A stretch of DNA of 31,817 nt, taken from NCBI GenBank assembly GCA_036565945.1, contig DATCXG010000577.1:1-31817 (forward strand), given 5' to 3'. Both the position numbers and the translations under genes were made by a program. Under the pieces are notes generated by a model. It was given only the letters and a program-made list of their open reading frames with translations. It was not told the DNA's origin and did no database searches. This stretch comes from Gemmatimonadaceae bacterium (GTDB taxonomy: Bacteria > Gemmatimonadota > Gemmatimonadetes > Gemmatimonadales > Gemmatimonadaceae). Positions 16,720 through 29,224 of this stretch are shown here, in pieces (the first letter of the stretch is position 1; each line of letters starts with the position of its first letter).

Positions 16720-17108
16720 AGTTGGTATGACCGGCCTGTAAGCCGGGTTCTGTCGGACGTTGCCGTCCGGACGGTCATTTCTCTAGGGGCGCGATCGCTC
16801 GCGTCCTCGAGCAGCCTACCCGCGGCGTGTTGGTCGAGACGGGCCGTCTCTCGCCGCTTATTTGGCCTTGCTCCAGCCGGGGTTTACCCTGCCACACCTG
16901 TTGCCAGATGCGCGGTGGGCTCTTACCCCACCTTTTCACCCTTACCGGCTGAGTTACCGCCGGCGGTGTATTTTCTGTGGCACTTTCCGTCGCCTTCCAC
17001 CCGAAGGTGATCGACGCCCAGGCGTTACCTGGCGGCCTGCCCTGTGGAGCCCGGACTTTCCTCGCGGAGCGTGAGCCCCGCGCGACCATCCGGCCGATCA
17101 TACCAACT
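16720..17108 (-). ncRNA. rnpB: RNase P RNA, bacterial type A
   Basis: On - strand: GAGGAAAGUCCGGGCUC, GGAAAGUGCCACAGAAA, GGUAAACCCC..GGAGCAAGGCCAAAUA and 3' ACAGAACCCGGCUUA signatures; the ends AGUUGGUAUGAUCGGCC and GGCCGGUCAUACCAACU pair as P1. Exact termini uncertain by a few nt. Confidence 0.96.
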
Positions 17109-17384
17109 GGAAATATAACCGGCCGGGACCAGCACCGCATTTAGTATCAATGTGATAATAAGGTTCCGGACGGGCCTGATATTCCAGACTTGGCCCGCCT
17201 GACGAAGTCGACGCGACGCTGACACTGATCAGGGTGCGCATGACACGCCACTACCGCCTCGGCATCGATCAGCCCCTCCCCTGCTGACGGTTCTCTGACC
17301 CCGCGAATCATTCTACGCACGCGTGCAGCGTTCCGGTCGCACGTGGCAACCTGAAGGTACTTCCCCCATCGACGAGGGATCCCC

Positions 17385-18329
17385 ATGCAATCCACCACGT
17401 CTTCCCGGACCCCGCTCGCCTCCGTGGCGACCATGCTTCTCCCCGGTGAACGACCCAGAGTAGACGCCGCTGGAGAGGGGCTGTACCAGACACTGCATCG
17501 GGATTCGCTCGACGACGTCTTCAGGGATCTACACGAGCACCGGGTCAAAGCAGTGCTGGTGTCGGTAGCGCGCTGTTGCGAGCTCGACGTTGGGCGAGTG
17601 GCGCGGCTGGTGCGCGAGTTCCCACGCGTCCCTGCCGTGGCAGTCCTTTCGAACTTCGACGCCGAGACACCACAAGCCGTCCTCTCACTGGGGCAGTCAG
17701 GCGTGAGGTCGGTGATAGACATCCGCCAGCCAAGCGGGTGGCGGACGCTGCGTGAGGTACTCCTGGCCGACAGGGCGGCCGACATCGATCGCCTGGCCCT
17801 GGCGCAGCTCTCCCTCGATCTGGCGGGTGCCCCGTCTGACTGCTGGCGGTTCTTCGAGGCGCTCTTCAGGAACGTGCCGCGGGTGACGACCGTTCGAGCG
17901 CTCTCTCGGCGGCTGATGGTGGTACCGAGCACGCTCATGAGCCGCTTCTTCAGGGCTCGGCTCCCCACTCCCAAGCGATATCTGGCCATGGCGCGCCTGG
18001 TTCAGGCCGCCCGGGTCTTCGAGAACCCGGGACTCTCCGTGGCCAACGTGGCTAACCACCTGGAGTACTCGTCGCCGCAGAGCTTCGGACGGCACGTTCG
18101 TACCCTCCTCAACATGACGGCGGTGGGTTTCCGCCAACACTACGATGGCGAGGGGATGCTGCAGCGCTTCCGTGAGGAGCTGCTACTCCCCTACCTGGGC
18201 ATCCTGCGCCAGTTCACGCCGCTGTCGACGCAGTATTCGACGCCGATCGACCAGATGCCTGGCCGACTGCCTGAAGGAAGATCCGTTGTTCCTGGGTCTG
18301 GGAAAGCGAGGCCACGTCGAAGCGGCTGA
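17385..18329 (+). CDS. AraC/XylS-type HTH regulator with an N-terminal atypical receiver-like domain
   Basis: C-terminal double HTH (TVRALSRRL...STLMSRFFR...[44 protein letters not shown]); N-terminal beta/alpha pattern like REC; GAGGG RBS. Confidence 0.8.
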   Translation: MQSTTSSRTPLASVATMLLPGERPRVDAAGEGLYQTLHRDSLDDVFRDLHEHRVKAVLVSVARCCELDVGRVARLVREFPRVPAVAVLSNFDAETPQAVLSLGQSGVRSVIDIRQPSGWRTLREVLLADRAADIDRLALAQLSLDLAGAPSDCWRFFEALFRNVPRVTTVRALSRRLMVVPSTLMSRFFRARLPTPKRYLAMARLVQAARVFENPGLSVANVANHLEYSSPQSFGRHVRTLLNMTAVGFRQHYDGEGMLQRFREELLLPYLGILRQFTPLSTQYSTPIDQMPGRLPEGRSVVPGSGKARPRRSG

Positions 18330-20028
18330 TGGAGAGGCGCAGCCGGCCTGCCGACTGCGAGAGCTGTCGAGCTGCCTGGGCCAGCCCGTCGATCGCCCCC
18401 GTCTGCTCCTCGGCAGTACCGGTGGCCTCGGCCGCTCGTGCGGCCGCGGTGGTAGCAAGGTCCTGGATGCTCTCGATCTTGACCGAGAGAGCCGCCAGGC
18501 CAGCAGCCTGCGTACGCGAGACGCCCGCGGATTCGGTGATCAACTGGGCCACCTGCTCGATTCCGGTGAGGATGGCGCTCACGGCGGTATCCGCCTCCGC
18601 GGCGATGTCGCCCACGTTCCGCACCTCGCGCTCACCGGCGGTCATGGCGTCTACCACGTTGGTGATATTCTCGCGGAGAGTCCCGATAGTACCGGCGATC
18701 TCCTTGGCCGCCAGACCGCTCTCCTCTGCCAGCTGTCGAACCTGCTCCGCGACCACGCCGAATCCCTTTCCCTGATCGCCGGCGCGGGCCGCCTCGATCG
18801 CGGCGTTCAGCGCTAGCAGGTTCGTCTGCCGCGCGATGCGGGAGATGGTGGTCACGAACTCGCCCACTCGCGCCGATGCGTCGCCCAGAGTGACCGCCGT
18901 GGCGGCCGTATCGCGCACGTCGGTGCCGATGGTCACGAGGGTCTGAGCCGCGCGCGAGATTGCACTCTGGCTCGATACGGCGGCCTGCACCAGCGATCGT
19001 GCGTTGGTCTCCATCTGCTCGGCGCGGTCGCGGATCGCTTCGGCCGCCGCGTGCGCGCCGGCTGTCTCGGCGGTGCCCGCTTCCGTATATCCACGCTGTT
19101 TCTCCAGCTCGCTCGAGAGCGAACGCGTGGTCTGGGTGAACTGGATACCGGCGCTGTTCAGCCCCTGGGTGGCCGAGGCCAACTGCGCCGACAGCGCTGC
19201 CACCTCGTCGGCCTCGCGTTGCACGGTGCCGATGATGCCACCGAGCTCCTCGAGCATCCGGTTGAAGCTACGCTCGAGAAACCCGAGCTCGTCGCAGTAC
19301 CGCGCCGGCGCTCGGACGAGGAGATTGCCGTGTTCGGCCTCTGCGATGCAGTCACGTGTGTCACGAACGCGGGCGGCGAGCCCGGTCGCTATGGGGACGA
19401 TGAGCCACGAAACGACGAGCAGGATCCCGACGCCAATCGCGATATCGACAACGCCGCCCCTGTCCCCGATGGGTCCGGGATGGAATTGCTGGTATCCCCA
19501 CGCGGCGAGCGCGTATCCCAGCGCCGCGCTGCCCACGGTGAATCTGCCAAGTCGCTGCCCGTGGTCGAATGAGCACGGAATGATCACGGCGAAGTACACC
19601 GCGATCAGGGCGCCGTGACCGAATGCCAGTACCAGAACGCTGGCCAGCACCACGTCGAAGAGCGCGAAGACATACCTGAACCACCGGCTATATGAGCGGG
19701 GCTGGTTGGCGAAGTAGGTGAGTGTCTCATTGGCCGACAGCGCGAGCGCGGCTCCTGCCACGATCAGCCAGAACGGAGCCGAGACGGCTCCCAGCAGGAC
19801 CGCAATGTAGAGCGCCAGCCCAACGACCAGTACCGTTACCCTTCGGCGTCTGGCGCCTCGCTGAAAGGTGACGAGGTCCTTCTGGCGCTCCTCGTCGGCT
19901 ACCTCCAGGGCACGCGTGGGCGTCCCTCTGCCGGTGCTCGGCCCTCGGAGTGGGGACGGCGGGGACTGGAAGCTGGGTGGAGAGTATTGAGCGAGCGACG
20001 ACCGCGCGGCGGTACTTTGAGCTGGCAC
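18214..20028 (-). CDS. Methyl-accepting chemotaxis protein with a multi-TM N-terminal sensor and HAMP (604 aa)
   Basis: Start trimmed to GTG at 20028 (GAGGA RBS). About 5-6 TM segments; HAMP ([25 protein letters not shown]); hairpin tip [40 protein letters not shown]. Confidence 0.9.
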   Translation of the reverse strand: MPAQSTAARSSLAQYSPPSFQSPPSPLRGPSTGRGTPTRALEVADEERQKDLVTFQRGARRRRVTVLVVGLALYIAVLLGAVSAPFWLIVAGAALALSANETLTYFANQPRSYSRWFRYVFALFDVVLASVLVLAFGHGALIAVYFAVIIPCSFDHGQRLGRFTVGSAALGYALAAWGYQQFHPGPIGDRGGVVDIAIGVGILLVVSWLIVPIATGLAARVRDTRDCIAEAEHGNLLVRAPARYCDELGFLERSFNRMLEELGGIIGTVQREADEVAALSAQLASATQGLNSAGIQFTQTTRSLSSELEKQRGYTEAGTAETAGAHAAAEAIRDRAEQMETNARSLVQAAVSSQSAISRAAQTLVTIGTDVRDTAATAVTLGDASARVGEFVTTISRIARQTNLLALNAAIEAARAGDQGKGFGVVAEQVRQLAEESGLAAKEIAGTIGTLRENITNVVDAMTAGEREVRNVGDIAAEADTAVSAILTGIEQVAQLITESAGVSRTQAAGLAALSVKIESIQDLATTAAARAAEATGTAEEQTGAIDGLAQAARQLSQSAGRLRLSISRFDVASLSQTQEQRIFLQAVGQASGRSASNTASTAA

Positions 20029-20191
20029 AGCGATTCCTCGGTGGGTGTGCGTCCGGCGCGTTTCCGGCGCACGACGTCGGTACCCGGCACACCCATGACG
20101 AATTCGCGAGCCAGTCGTTTCTCGGAGTCGTCGGTAAAGGGGCACGCAGTCCGCGCTGCAGCCTCGGCGGGCTTTCCAGGCCCGGTCGTTT

Positions 20192-20770
20192 CTAGGAGTC
20201 GCCGCCGAGAGGGGGCTCTGAGAGGAGCGCGACTATCTCGGTGGCACGGGCCAGCACCAGAACGGGGGTCCCGGTGGCCTCGATCGCCTCTCGCCCGCCC
20301 TCCTCTCGGTCCACCAACGCCAGCACGCCGGCCACGATGCCGCCGGCGTTGCGCACGGCGTCCGCGGCCCTGAGGGCGGAGCCGCCGGTGGTGATCACGT
20401 CCTCGATTATCGCCACGCGATCGCCGGACTGGAAAGGCCCCTCGATGAGCTTTCCAGTGCCGTGCTCCTTGGCCTGCTTGCGCACGGTGAAGGCGCGCAG
20501 CGCTCGCGCGCCGGAGGCGCTGGCGTAGCTGATGGCGTAGGAGATCGGGTCGGCTCCGAGAGTGAGTCCTCCGATGGCCTGTACGTCCCAACCGCTTCCG
20601 GCCAGGGCGTTGACGCCCAGAGGGCCGATGGTGGCCAGTCCCTCGGGGCTCATTGTCGTGAGCCGCGCGTCGATGTAAAGTGTGGATTGCCGCCCGGATG
20701 CGAGGGTGAAATGTCCACGCCGCACCGAACGAGTGGCTAGTAGCTTCAGAAGGCGGTTGTGCTCGGTCAT
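20192..20770 (-). CDS. pyrE: Orotate phosphoribosyltransferase
   Basis: [14 protein letters not shown]; GGLTLGADP; VRKQAKEHG; PRPP-binding [11 protein letters not shown]. Confidence 0.95.
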   Translation of the reverse strand: MTEHNRLLKLLATRSVRRGHFTLASGRQSTLYIDARLTTMSPEGLATIGPLGVNALAGSGWDVQAIGGLTLGADPISYAISYASASGARALRAFTVRKQAKEHGTGKLIEGPFQSGDRVAIIEDVITTGGSALRAADAVRNAGGIVAGVLALVDREEGGREAIEATGTPVLVLARATEIVALLSEPPLGGDS

Positions 20771-20852
20771 GGCGGTAGGTTACCCATAGGCGACGGCGGC
20801 GTCAATCGAGCGCCATCTGCCTGGAGCATGCGCCACAACAACCCGGGGAACT

Positions 20853-22613
20853 GTGCAGTCATCGTACCCGCGTTCGCGACTCCGTCCCGCATCAATTGCG
20901 TTGGCGATCGCCCTTCTCTTTGCCCTGGCCGGCCTGTTCGCGGTTGATCGTACGATCGCGGAATCGAACCGCAACAGAGTGGAGATCGAGGCCCTGCAGT
21001 CAGGGGCTCTGGTTGAGGGGTTCCTCGCGGTCCACGCGGAGGGACTGCAGGCCATGCGCGGTCTGTATCTCGATACCACGCACGGGCCCAATCCCGCGCA
21101 TTTCAAGTTGCTGGTAACGTCGTTGAGCGAGTATGCTCCCGCGTTCCGCCGGATCTTTATCACCGATACCGCCGGTCGCATCACGGGTCAGCACCTGTTC
21201 GGGCGGCGGAGCGATCCGCTTCCGACTGGGTTGGCTGTGGACACGGCCCGTATCTTCGCGCTCGCTGACCTCGCGCGCGATGCTCGGCGTTCACGGCGGA
21301 CAGAGACGTCGTCGCCGGGCCCGCTCCTCACTGGCGAGCGCGGGCTGGTACTGCTCGAGCCGATCTACGTGGAGAACAGCTTCCGAGGATTCGTGGGGGG
21401 TACCGTGACGGCGCCGGCGATCCTCGAGCGCATCGGGCGTGGTCGTCACGGCATAGACAGCCGCCTGGTGATCACCACAGGGTCCGATACCATAGCGGTG
21501 CGGGCGCCGTCGCGTGCACATTCGAGCCGGCTGGTGAACAGCTCTTCGGCCAGTATATCCGTCCCCGGCGGCGACCAGTGGAAGCTGGTAGTCGAGCAGC
21601 CGTCCACCTATGCGGACGTGCGCTTCCTTCTCTGGGCGATCGGACTGGCCACGCTCGTATCGCTGATCGTCGTGCTACTGCACGAGCATCATCAGAACCA
21701 GCGCTTGGCGGAGCGCTCGACTGAGCTCGAGCGCCTCTCGACGGAGCTCCTGCGCGCCAACCGCGTGAAGAGCGAGTTTCTGGCCAATGTCTCGCACGAG
21801 CTCCGGACTCCGCTGAATGCCATAGTGGGTTTCGTGGAGCTGCTGCACGATGGAGTATACGGGGAGTTGGGCCAACGCCAGATCCAGCCTGTCGATCGGA
21901 TTGCCTCGTCGGCGAGCTATCTGAGGCAGCTGGTGGACCAGATCCTCGACCTGGCGAAGATGGCAGCGGGGCGGCTGGAGATGCACGTGGAGCTGCTCGA
22001 CCTGCGCGCCTTCGTGCTGGATGTGGCGAGCGAGGTAGAGGCTCTGGTGAACGAGCGGCATCTCAGCCTCTCGATTGCCGCGAGCGGCGCGCTGCCGAGA
22101 GTCCACACCGATCCGATGCATCTTCGGCAGATCATGCTGAATCTCCTGGGCAACGCGATCAAGTTCACCCCCGTCGGTGGTGGCGGGATCGCGATCCGTG
22201 CCAGTCTGGTAGCGAACCGGGAGGAGCGGCCGCAGATGTTCTCTCTCTCTCCAGCGGTCGCCGAGAGTCGGACGAGCGGTCTGCCCGCCTTCGCCCGGCA
22301 GGGGACCTGGATTGCACTGCAGGTGGCGGACAGCGGAATCGGCATCGCGCCCGCCGATCACGAGCGTATTTTTGATGAGTTCGAGCAGATAAACGCGGGC
22401 CCGCGCAGTGACTCGGCGCAGCGCGGCACGGGACTGGGTCTACCCATTTCCCGACGCCTGGCCCGTCTCATCGGCGGCGATATCACCGTGGTAAGCGATC
22501 TGGGGAAAGGAGCGGCGTTCACTGTGTGGATTCCCGTGGATTCCGACGATGGGTCAATCGCTGAAGAAGGGACAGCCACCACGAAGCGGCAACGGCCAGT
22601 CGGCGCCCATTGA
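20853..22613 (+). CDS. Sensor histidine kinase with a periplasmic CHASE-like domain
   Basis: Two TMs flanking about 230 aa; H-box EFLANVSHELRTPLNAIVGF; N-box NLLGNAIKFT; G1 DSGIGI; F-box IFDEFEQ; G2 GTGLGLPIS; no receiver domain. The CHASE call rests on the GP.L..G..G.V...PIY...F.GFV pattern and is less certain. Confidence 0.9.
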   Translation: MQSSYPRSRLRPASIALAIALLFALAGLFAVDRTIAESNRNRVEIEALQSGALVEGFLAVHAEGLQAMRGLYLDTTHGPNPAHFKLLVTSLSEYAPAFRRIFITDTAGRITGQHLFGRRSDPLPTGLAVDTARIFALADLARDARRSRRTETSSPGPLLTGERGLVLLEPIYVENSFRGFVGGTVTAPAILERIGRGRHGIDSRLVITTGSDTIAVRAPSRAHSSRLVNSSSASISVPGGDQWKLVVEQPSTYADVRFLLWAIGLATLVSLIVVLLHEHHQNQRLAERSTELERLSTELLRANRVKSEFLANVSHELRTPLNAIVGFVELLHDGVYGELGQRQIQPVDRIASSASYLRQLVDQILDLAKMAAGRLEMHVELLDLRAFVLDVASEVEALVNERHLSLSIAASGALPRVHTDPMHLRQIMLNLLGNAIKFTPVGGGGIAIRASLVANREERPQMFSLSPAVAESRTSGLPAFARQGTWIALQVADSGIGIAPADHERIFDEFEQINAGPRSDSAQRGTGLGLPISRRLARLIGGDITVVSDLGKGAAFTVWIPVDSDDGSIAEEGTATTKRQRPVGAH

Positions 22614-22630
22614 TACCGGCGCCGACAGTG

Positions 22631-23569
22631 CTACTCGGCGCCCCGGCGTAACAGCGACTTCACGCGAGCCAGCAGACCGTCGGGGCGCGGTGCGGGGAGT
22701 GGTGTCTCTACCGCGGTGCGCAGCTCTCGCGCGAAGGTGAGTGCGTCAGCGTATCGCTGGGCGGGGTCGCGCGAGAGTCCTTTCATCACGACAGCCTCCA
22801 CGGCGGGCCCGATCACCCATCCCTTGCGCGCTGTGGACAGCGGGATAGGCGGCTGCGAGAGGAGCTGGGTGAACATCTCGCGTTGGGATCGTGCCAGGTA
22901 GGGCAGCGATCCCGAGAGCAGGAAGTACGCGATGGTGGCCAGACTGTACTGGTCCGCGGCCGACGTGACGAGCTGGCCCGATAGCGCCTCGGGTGCCACG
23001 TACATGAGGGTGCCCACGAAGAAGCCCGCGCGCGTGAGCCTCTCCTCGGGGGCGAGGTCGGCTTGCGCCGCGATCCCGAAGTCGAGCAGTTTCACCCGCT
23101 TCGTGGTGGGATCGTACATCAGGTTGTCGGGCTTGAGATCGCGATGAATGATTCCGGCAACGTGTGCGGCGTGCACAGCGTCCGCGATCTGGTAGACGAT
23201 GTCGGCAGCCTCCGCGGCCGGGAGCGGCGCGTTACTTTTGGCGTACTTCTCGAGCAGCTCTCCCGGTGCCCACTCGGTGGCCAGGAAGTGCAGCCCGGGG
23301 CGCGCCTCACCTATCTCGATGGTGCGGATGACGTTGGGGTGGGTTACGCGCGTGCCGTACGTCGCCTCGCGCAGAAAGCGCGCGATGGCTGTCTGGTCGT
23401 TGCGCAACTTCTCTCGCAAGACCTTGACCGCTACGGTTCCGTGCTCGGGGTGATTGGCGCGATATACTACTGCCGTTCCCCCCTCACCAACCATATCGTG
23501 AAGTGTGTACCCGGCGAGTGTGGTTCCGGAGAGGTTTTCGCGATTCACGGGGCCGAAGCTAACGATCAT
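22631..23569 (-). CDS. Hanks-type Ser/Thr protein kinase (soluble, kinase domain only)
   Basis: GEGGTAVVY, VAVK, HRDLKPDN, DFG, GTLMYVAPE, ADQYSLA. Start trimmed to ATG at 23569; exact start uncertain because no SD is evident. Confidence 0.9.
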   Translation of the reverse strand: MIVSFGPVNRENLSGTTLAGYTLHDMVGEGGTAVVYRANHPEHGTVAVKVLREKLRNDQTAIARFLREATYGTRVTHPNVIRTIEIGEARPGLHFLATEWAPGELLEKYAKSNAPLPAAEAADIVYQIADAVHAAHVAGIIHRDLKPDNLMYDPTTKRVKLLDFGIAAQADLAPEERLTRAGFFVGTLMYVAPEALSGQLVTSAADQYSLATIAYFLLSGSLPYLARSQREMFTQLLSQPPIPLSTARKGWVIGPAVEAVVMKGLSRDPAQRYADALTFARELRTAVETPLPAPRPDGLLARVKSLLRRGAE

Positions 23570-23662
23570 CGGAGGAGTGGGCAAGCTGGCGGAAGTTGTC
23601 GCCGTGGCCCGACACGTCACATACAGATTCACCGGCCTCTTCCCGCTCTCCCGCGGTTCGGA

Positions 23663-25072
23663 TTGGTAGCGCATCGCCTCATCGGCGTCGCGGCCATTGC
23701 CGGAGTCGCTGTCTCGTGTGTGTGGGGCTGTTCGCCACGGCCGCGCTCCGGAGGCCCGGCTGGCGGCGGGTCGACGCCTGGCACTCCGGCGCCCGGAGAT
23801 ATCCGCACGCTCGATCCCTCGGGCGTCTATGGTGATGCTGGGTTGCTCGTGTCGAGAGGGTCGCTCGGCTTCATAGGCGACGTGCGCTACCTTGGCGGTG
23901 GCTCTCCCGACAGCACGCTGGCTCTCGTGACGATCTCCCTGGCCAACCGGTCGCTCAGCTTTCGCGCCGATGGGCCGGTGCAGCGGGCCGGCTACGCGGT
24001 GCTCGTCGAGCTCAGGCTCGCGGAGAGCGACTCCGTCGTAGTGCGCGCCGAGTCGCGCGAGACCGTGCGCGTGGGCACGCCCCGAGAGACCACGGCAATC
24101 GAGTCGGGCGTCGTGTTCCAGCGATTCGTGCGCGTCGCGCCTGGTGCGTACAAGTTGTGGCTCACTGTGCGCGACGAGGGAGGTGTTGGTTCGGGGTCGC
24201 TCGAAACGGCTCTCGTGGTGCCCCGCTTCGGTGGGGGGACGCTGTCGTCCCCGGTGTTGGTCTACAGAGCTGAGCCGCGCACGGACGCGGAGTCACTCCC
24301 CGATCTCATCGCCAACCCTCGCGCCACGGTTGTATTCGGGCAGGACTCGCTAGCGCTCGTGTACCTCGAGGGTTACCGACTGCCGCCGGCCGCTCGCGTC
24401 TCGCTCGAGGTGCTCGATGAGCGGCAGCGAGCGGTTCTGCGCGACACGGTGATGCTGCAGTGGCACGGCACGCTCTCCACGGCGGTGGAGCGTCTCCCGA
24501 TTTCACGAGTCGGCGTGGGGCGTCTTGCCGTGATGGCTTCGCTGGTGGGCTCTGGCGACACGGTTACCGCACCCTTGCTGGTGAGCTTCGGGAGCGAGCT
24601 CGGCGTCATGTCGTTCGAGGAGATGCTGAGCCGCCTTCGCTACTACGCCTCGCCGGAGCAGGTGCGCACACTGAGTGAGGCTGCGCCCGAGCAGCGCGCC
24701 GCTGCGTGGACGAAGTTCTGGGAGGAAAGTGATCCGTCCCCGGGCACTGCCGGGCACGAGGATCTGCGCGATTACTTCGAGCGCATCGAGGTGGCGAATC
24801 GTCGCTTCGGTCGAGAGGGTAGCCCCGGGTGGCTCACGGACCAGGGGAAGGTCTACGTGGCGCTGGGAGAGCCGACCCGGGTGCTGAGCGAGGGCTATCC
24901 GGAAACAGGTATGCGAGGTAGTGCGCAGCTCTGGGAGTACGACAGCTATGGAGTGCGACTCGTCTTCGTGGCCGACGACGCCGCCTTCGACCAGTGGCGA
25001 CTGACTCCGCGGAGCGAGCTCGATTTCGAGCGGGCCCTGGCGCGCGCACGATCACATTCACGGCCACATTGA
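23663..25072 (+). CDS. GWxTD-domain lipoprotein
   Basis: TTG start at 23663 gives a signal peptide with VWG-C lipobox; C-terminal YFERIEVANRRF...PGWLTDQGKVYVALGEP...W.Y matches the GWxTD domain. The longer 23063 start in the track overlaps the kinase and is rejected. Confidence 0.8.
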   Translation: MVAHRLIGVAAIAGVAVSCVWGCSPRPRSGGPAGGGSTPGTPAPGDIRTLDPSGVYGDAGLLVSRGSLGFIGDVRYLGGGSPDSTLALVTISLANRSLSFRADGPVQRAGYAVLVELRLAESDSVVVRAESRETVRVGTPRETTAIESGVVFQRFVRVAPGAYKLWLTVRDEGGVGSGSLETALVVPRFGGGTLSSPVLVYRAEPRTDAESLPDLIANPRATVVFGQDSLALVYLEGYRLPPAARVSLEVLDERQRAVLRDTVMLQWHGTLSTAVERLPISRVGVGRLAVMASLVGSGDTVTAPLLVSFGSELGVMSFEEMLSRLRYYASPEQVRTLSEAAPEQRAAAWTKFWEESDPSPGTAGHEDLRDYFERIEVANRRFGREGSPGWLTDQGKVYVALGEPTRVLSEGYPETGMRGSAQLWEYDSYGVRLVFVADDAAFDQWRLTPRSELDFERALARARSHSRPH

Positions 25073-25075
25073 TGT

Positions 25076-25702
25076 GTGCTCCACGATGATGCTGTTCTCG
25101 TGACAGGCCTCTCCGTACGGAGGGAAGTGGCGCGCAAGGCGCTCCACCTGCTCTTTGTGATCGTGCCGGTGTCCTACGCGGCTGGGCTCCCGCGCATACC
25201 GCTCGTGATCATGCTCGCCACCGCGGCGGTGTTGGCGCTCGTAGTGGAGGTGGCTCGTGCGTGGCATCCGGCCACTCGCGAGCGGTTCGGCCGGGCGGTG
25301 GGCATGCTGCTCCGTGAGCACGAGCAGGCGCGGTGGTCGGGCGCTACCTGGCTGGTGCTGGCCATGCTTGGTCTCGCGGCTCTGGCGCCGCCTGACGTGG
25401 CTATAGCCGGTATGTGGACGGTTTCGGCGGGCGATGCAGCTGCTGCGCTGGTGGGGCGGGCACTGGGCCGCCGCGGTGGGCCAGGCGGCGGAACCGGCAA
25501 GACCGTTCGCGGTAGCGCGGCGTGTTTCGTGGTATCGCTCTGCGGGGCTCTGGCTCTGGCGCATCTCTCGTTGGTGGAGGGAGTACTGGCCGCGTCGCTC
25601 GCGACGGCGGCCGAGCGGCCGAGCGGGTGGATGGACGACAACGCGCGGATCGCGATCGCGGTGGCTGGTGGTATCCTGTTGTGGCGTATGATGTTCTCTT
25701 GA
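25076..25702 (+). CDS. Phytol/dolichol/diacylglycerol kinase-like integral membrane protein (CTP-dependent family)
   Basis: RREVARKALH, AGDAAAALVGRALG, GKTVRGS, DDNARI motifs; multiple TMs; starts 3 nt after the GWxTD gene stop. Confidence 0.8.
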   Translation: MLHDDAVLVTGLSVRREVARKALHLLFVIVPVSYAAGLPRIPLVIMLATAAVLALVVEVARAWHPATRERFGRAVGMLLREHEQARWSGATWLVLAMLGLAALAPPDVAIAGMWTVSAGDAAAALVGRALGRRGGPGGGTGKTVRGSAACFVVSLCGALALAHLSLVEGVLAASLATAAERPSGWMDDNARIAIAVAGGILLWRMMFS

Positions 25703-25727
25703 CAAAAAAGCAAGTTGCTCCTATATA
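25699..25727 (+). promoter_or_regulatory. sigma70-type promoter of the cold-shock gene
   Basis: Perfect TTGACA (25699-25704, overlapping the upstream stop), 17 nt, TATATA (25722-25727). Confidence 0.7.
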
Positions 25728-25804
25728 GGCGCTCGCAGGCCGCCGACGGCCTGCCCCGCACAGCGTAGTGCAGGATCCGTTTCACCCCGTAGGAGGCAGC
25801 TCGA

Positions 25805-26008
25805 ATGGCCAGAGGGAAAGTGAAATGGTTCAATGACGCCAAGGGGTACGGTTTCATTGAACAGGAGAGCGGTGAGGACGTCTTCGTGCATTTCTCCGCG
25901 ATCACCATGGACGGCTTCAAGACGCTTGCCGAAGGACAGGAGGTGGAGTTCGAGATTCAGAACGGCGAGAAGGGGCTACACGCAGCCAACGTGCAGCGGG
26001 TTAGCTGA
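25805..26008 (+). CDS. Cold-shock protein (CspA family)
   Basis: [15 protein letters not shown] (RNP1), DVFVHFSAI (RNP2), 67 aa, AGGAGG RBS. Confidence 0.97.
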   Translation: MARGKVKWFNDAKGYGFIEQESGEDVFVHFSAITMDGFKTLAEGQEVEFEIQNGEKGLHAANVQRVS

Positions 26009-26102
26009 CCACCACCACCTCCCGGACGACGGGCCATTCGACGTAGCTGCGCTCTCCCGTATTGCGGGCGCTGAGCGTTGATGCATCATGACCTGGTTCG
26101 CC

Positions 26103-26140
26103 CGAACACGCCTCACTCTCGCGAGAGTGAGGCGTGTTCG
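26103..26140. repeat. Perfect 38-bp palindrome downstream of csp (probable terminator hairpin)
   Basis: CGAACACGCCTCACTCTCG|CGAGAGTGAGGCGTGTTCG with no spacer, followed by CTTTGTT. Confidence 0.85.
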
Positions 26141-26254
26141 CTTTGTTGGCGGTGGGGCGGGGAGAGAGGTAGGGGGGAGGGACTCGCGGTTCGGTGGAGG
26201 TGGATGTCTCACATCGCACTGGTGCCCTTCCCAGCGTGGGGCGAACTTTCATGC

Positions 26255-29223
<2,969 letters not shown>

Positions 29224-29224
<1 letters not shown>

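Noticed and set aside
23063-23662. N-terminal 200 aa of the 669-aa ORF in the track
   Set aside because: Antisense to the Ser/Thr kinase; a lipoprotein signal appears only from TTG at 23663. Track starts for xoxF, the porin, DUF2225, rpmH, dnaA, the MCP, polA and both pilins were trimmed for similar reasons.
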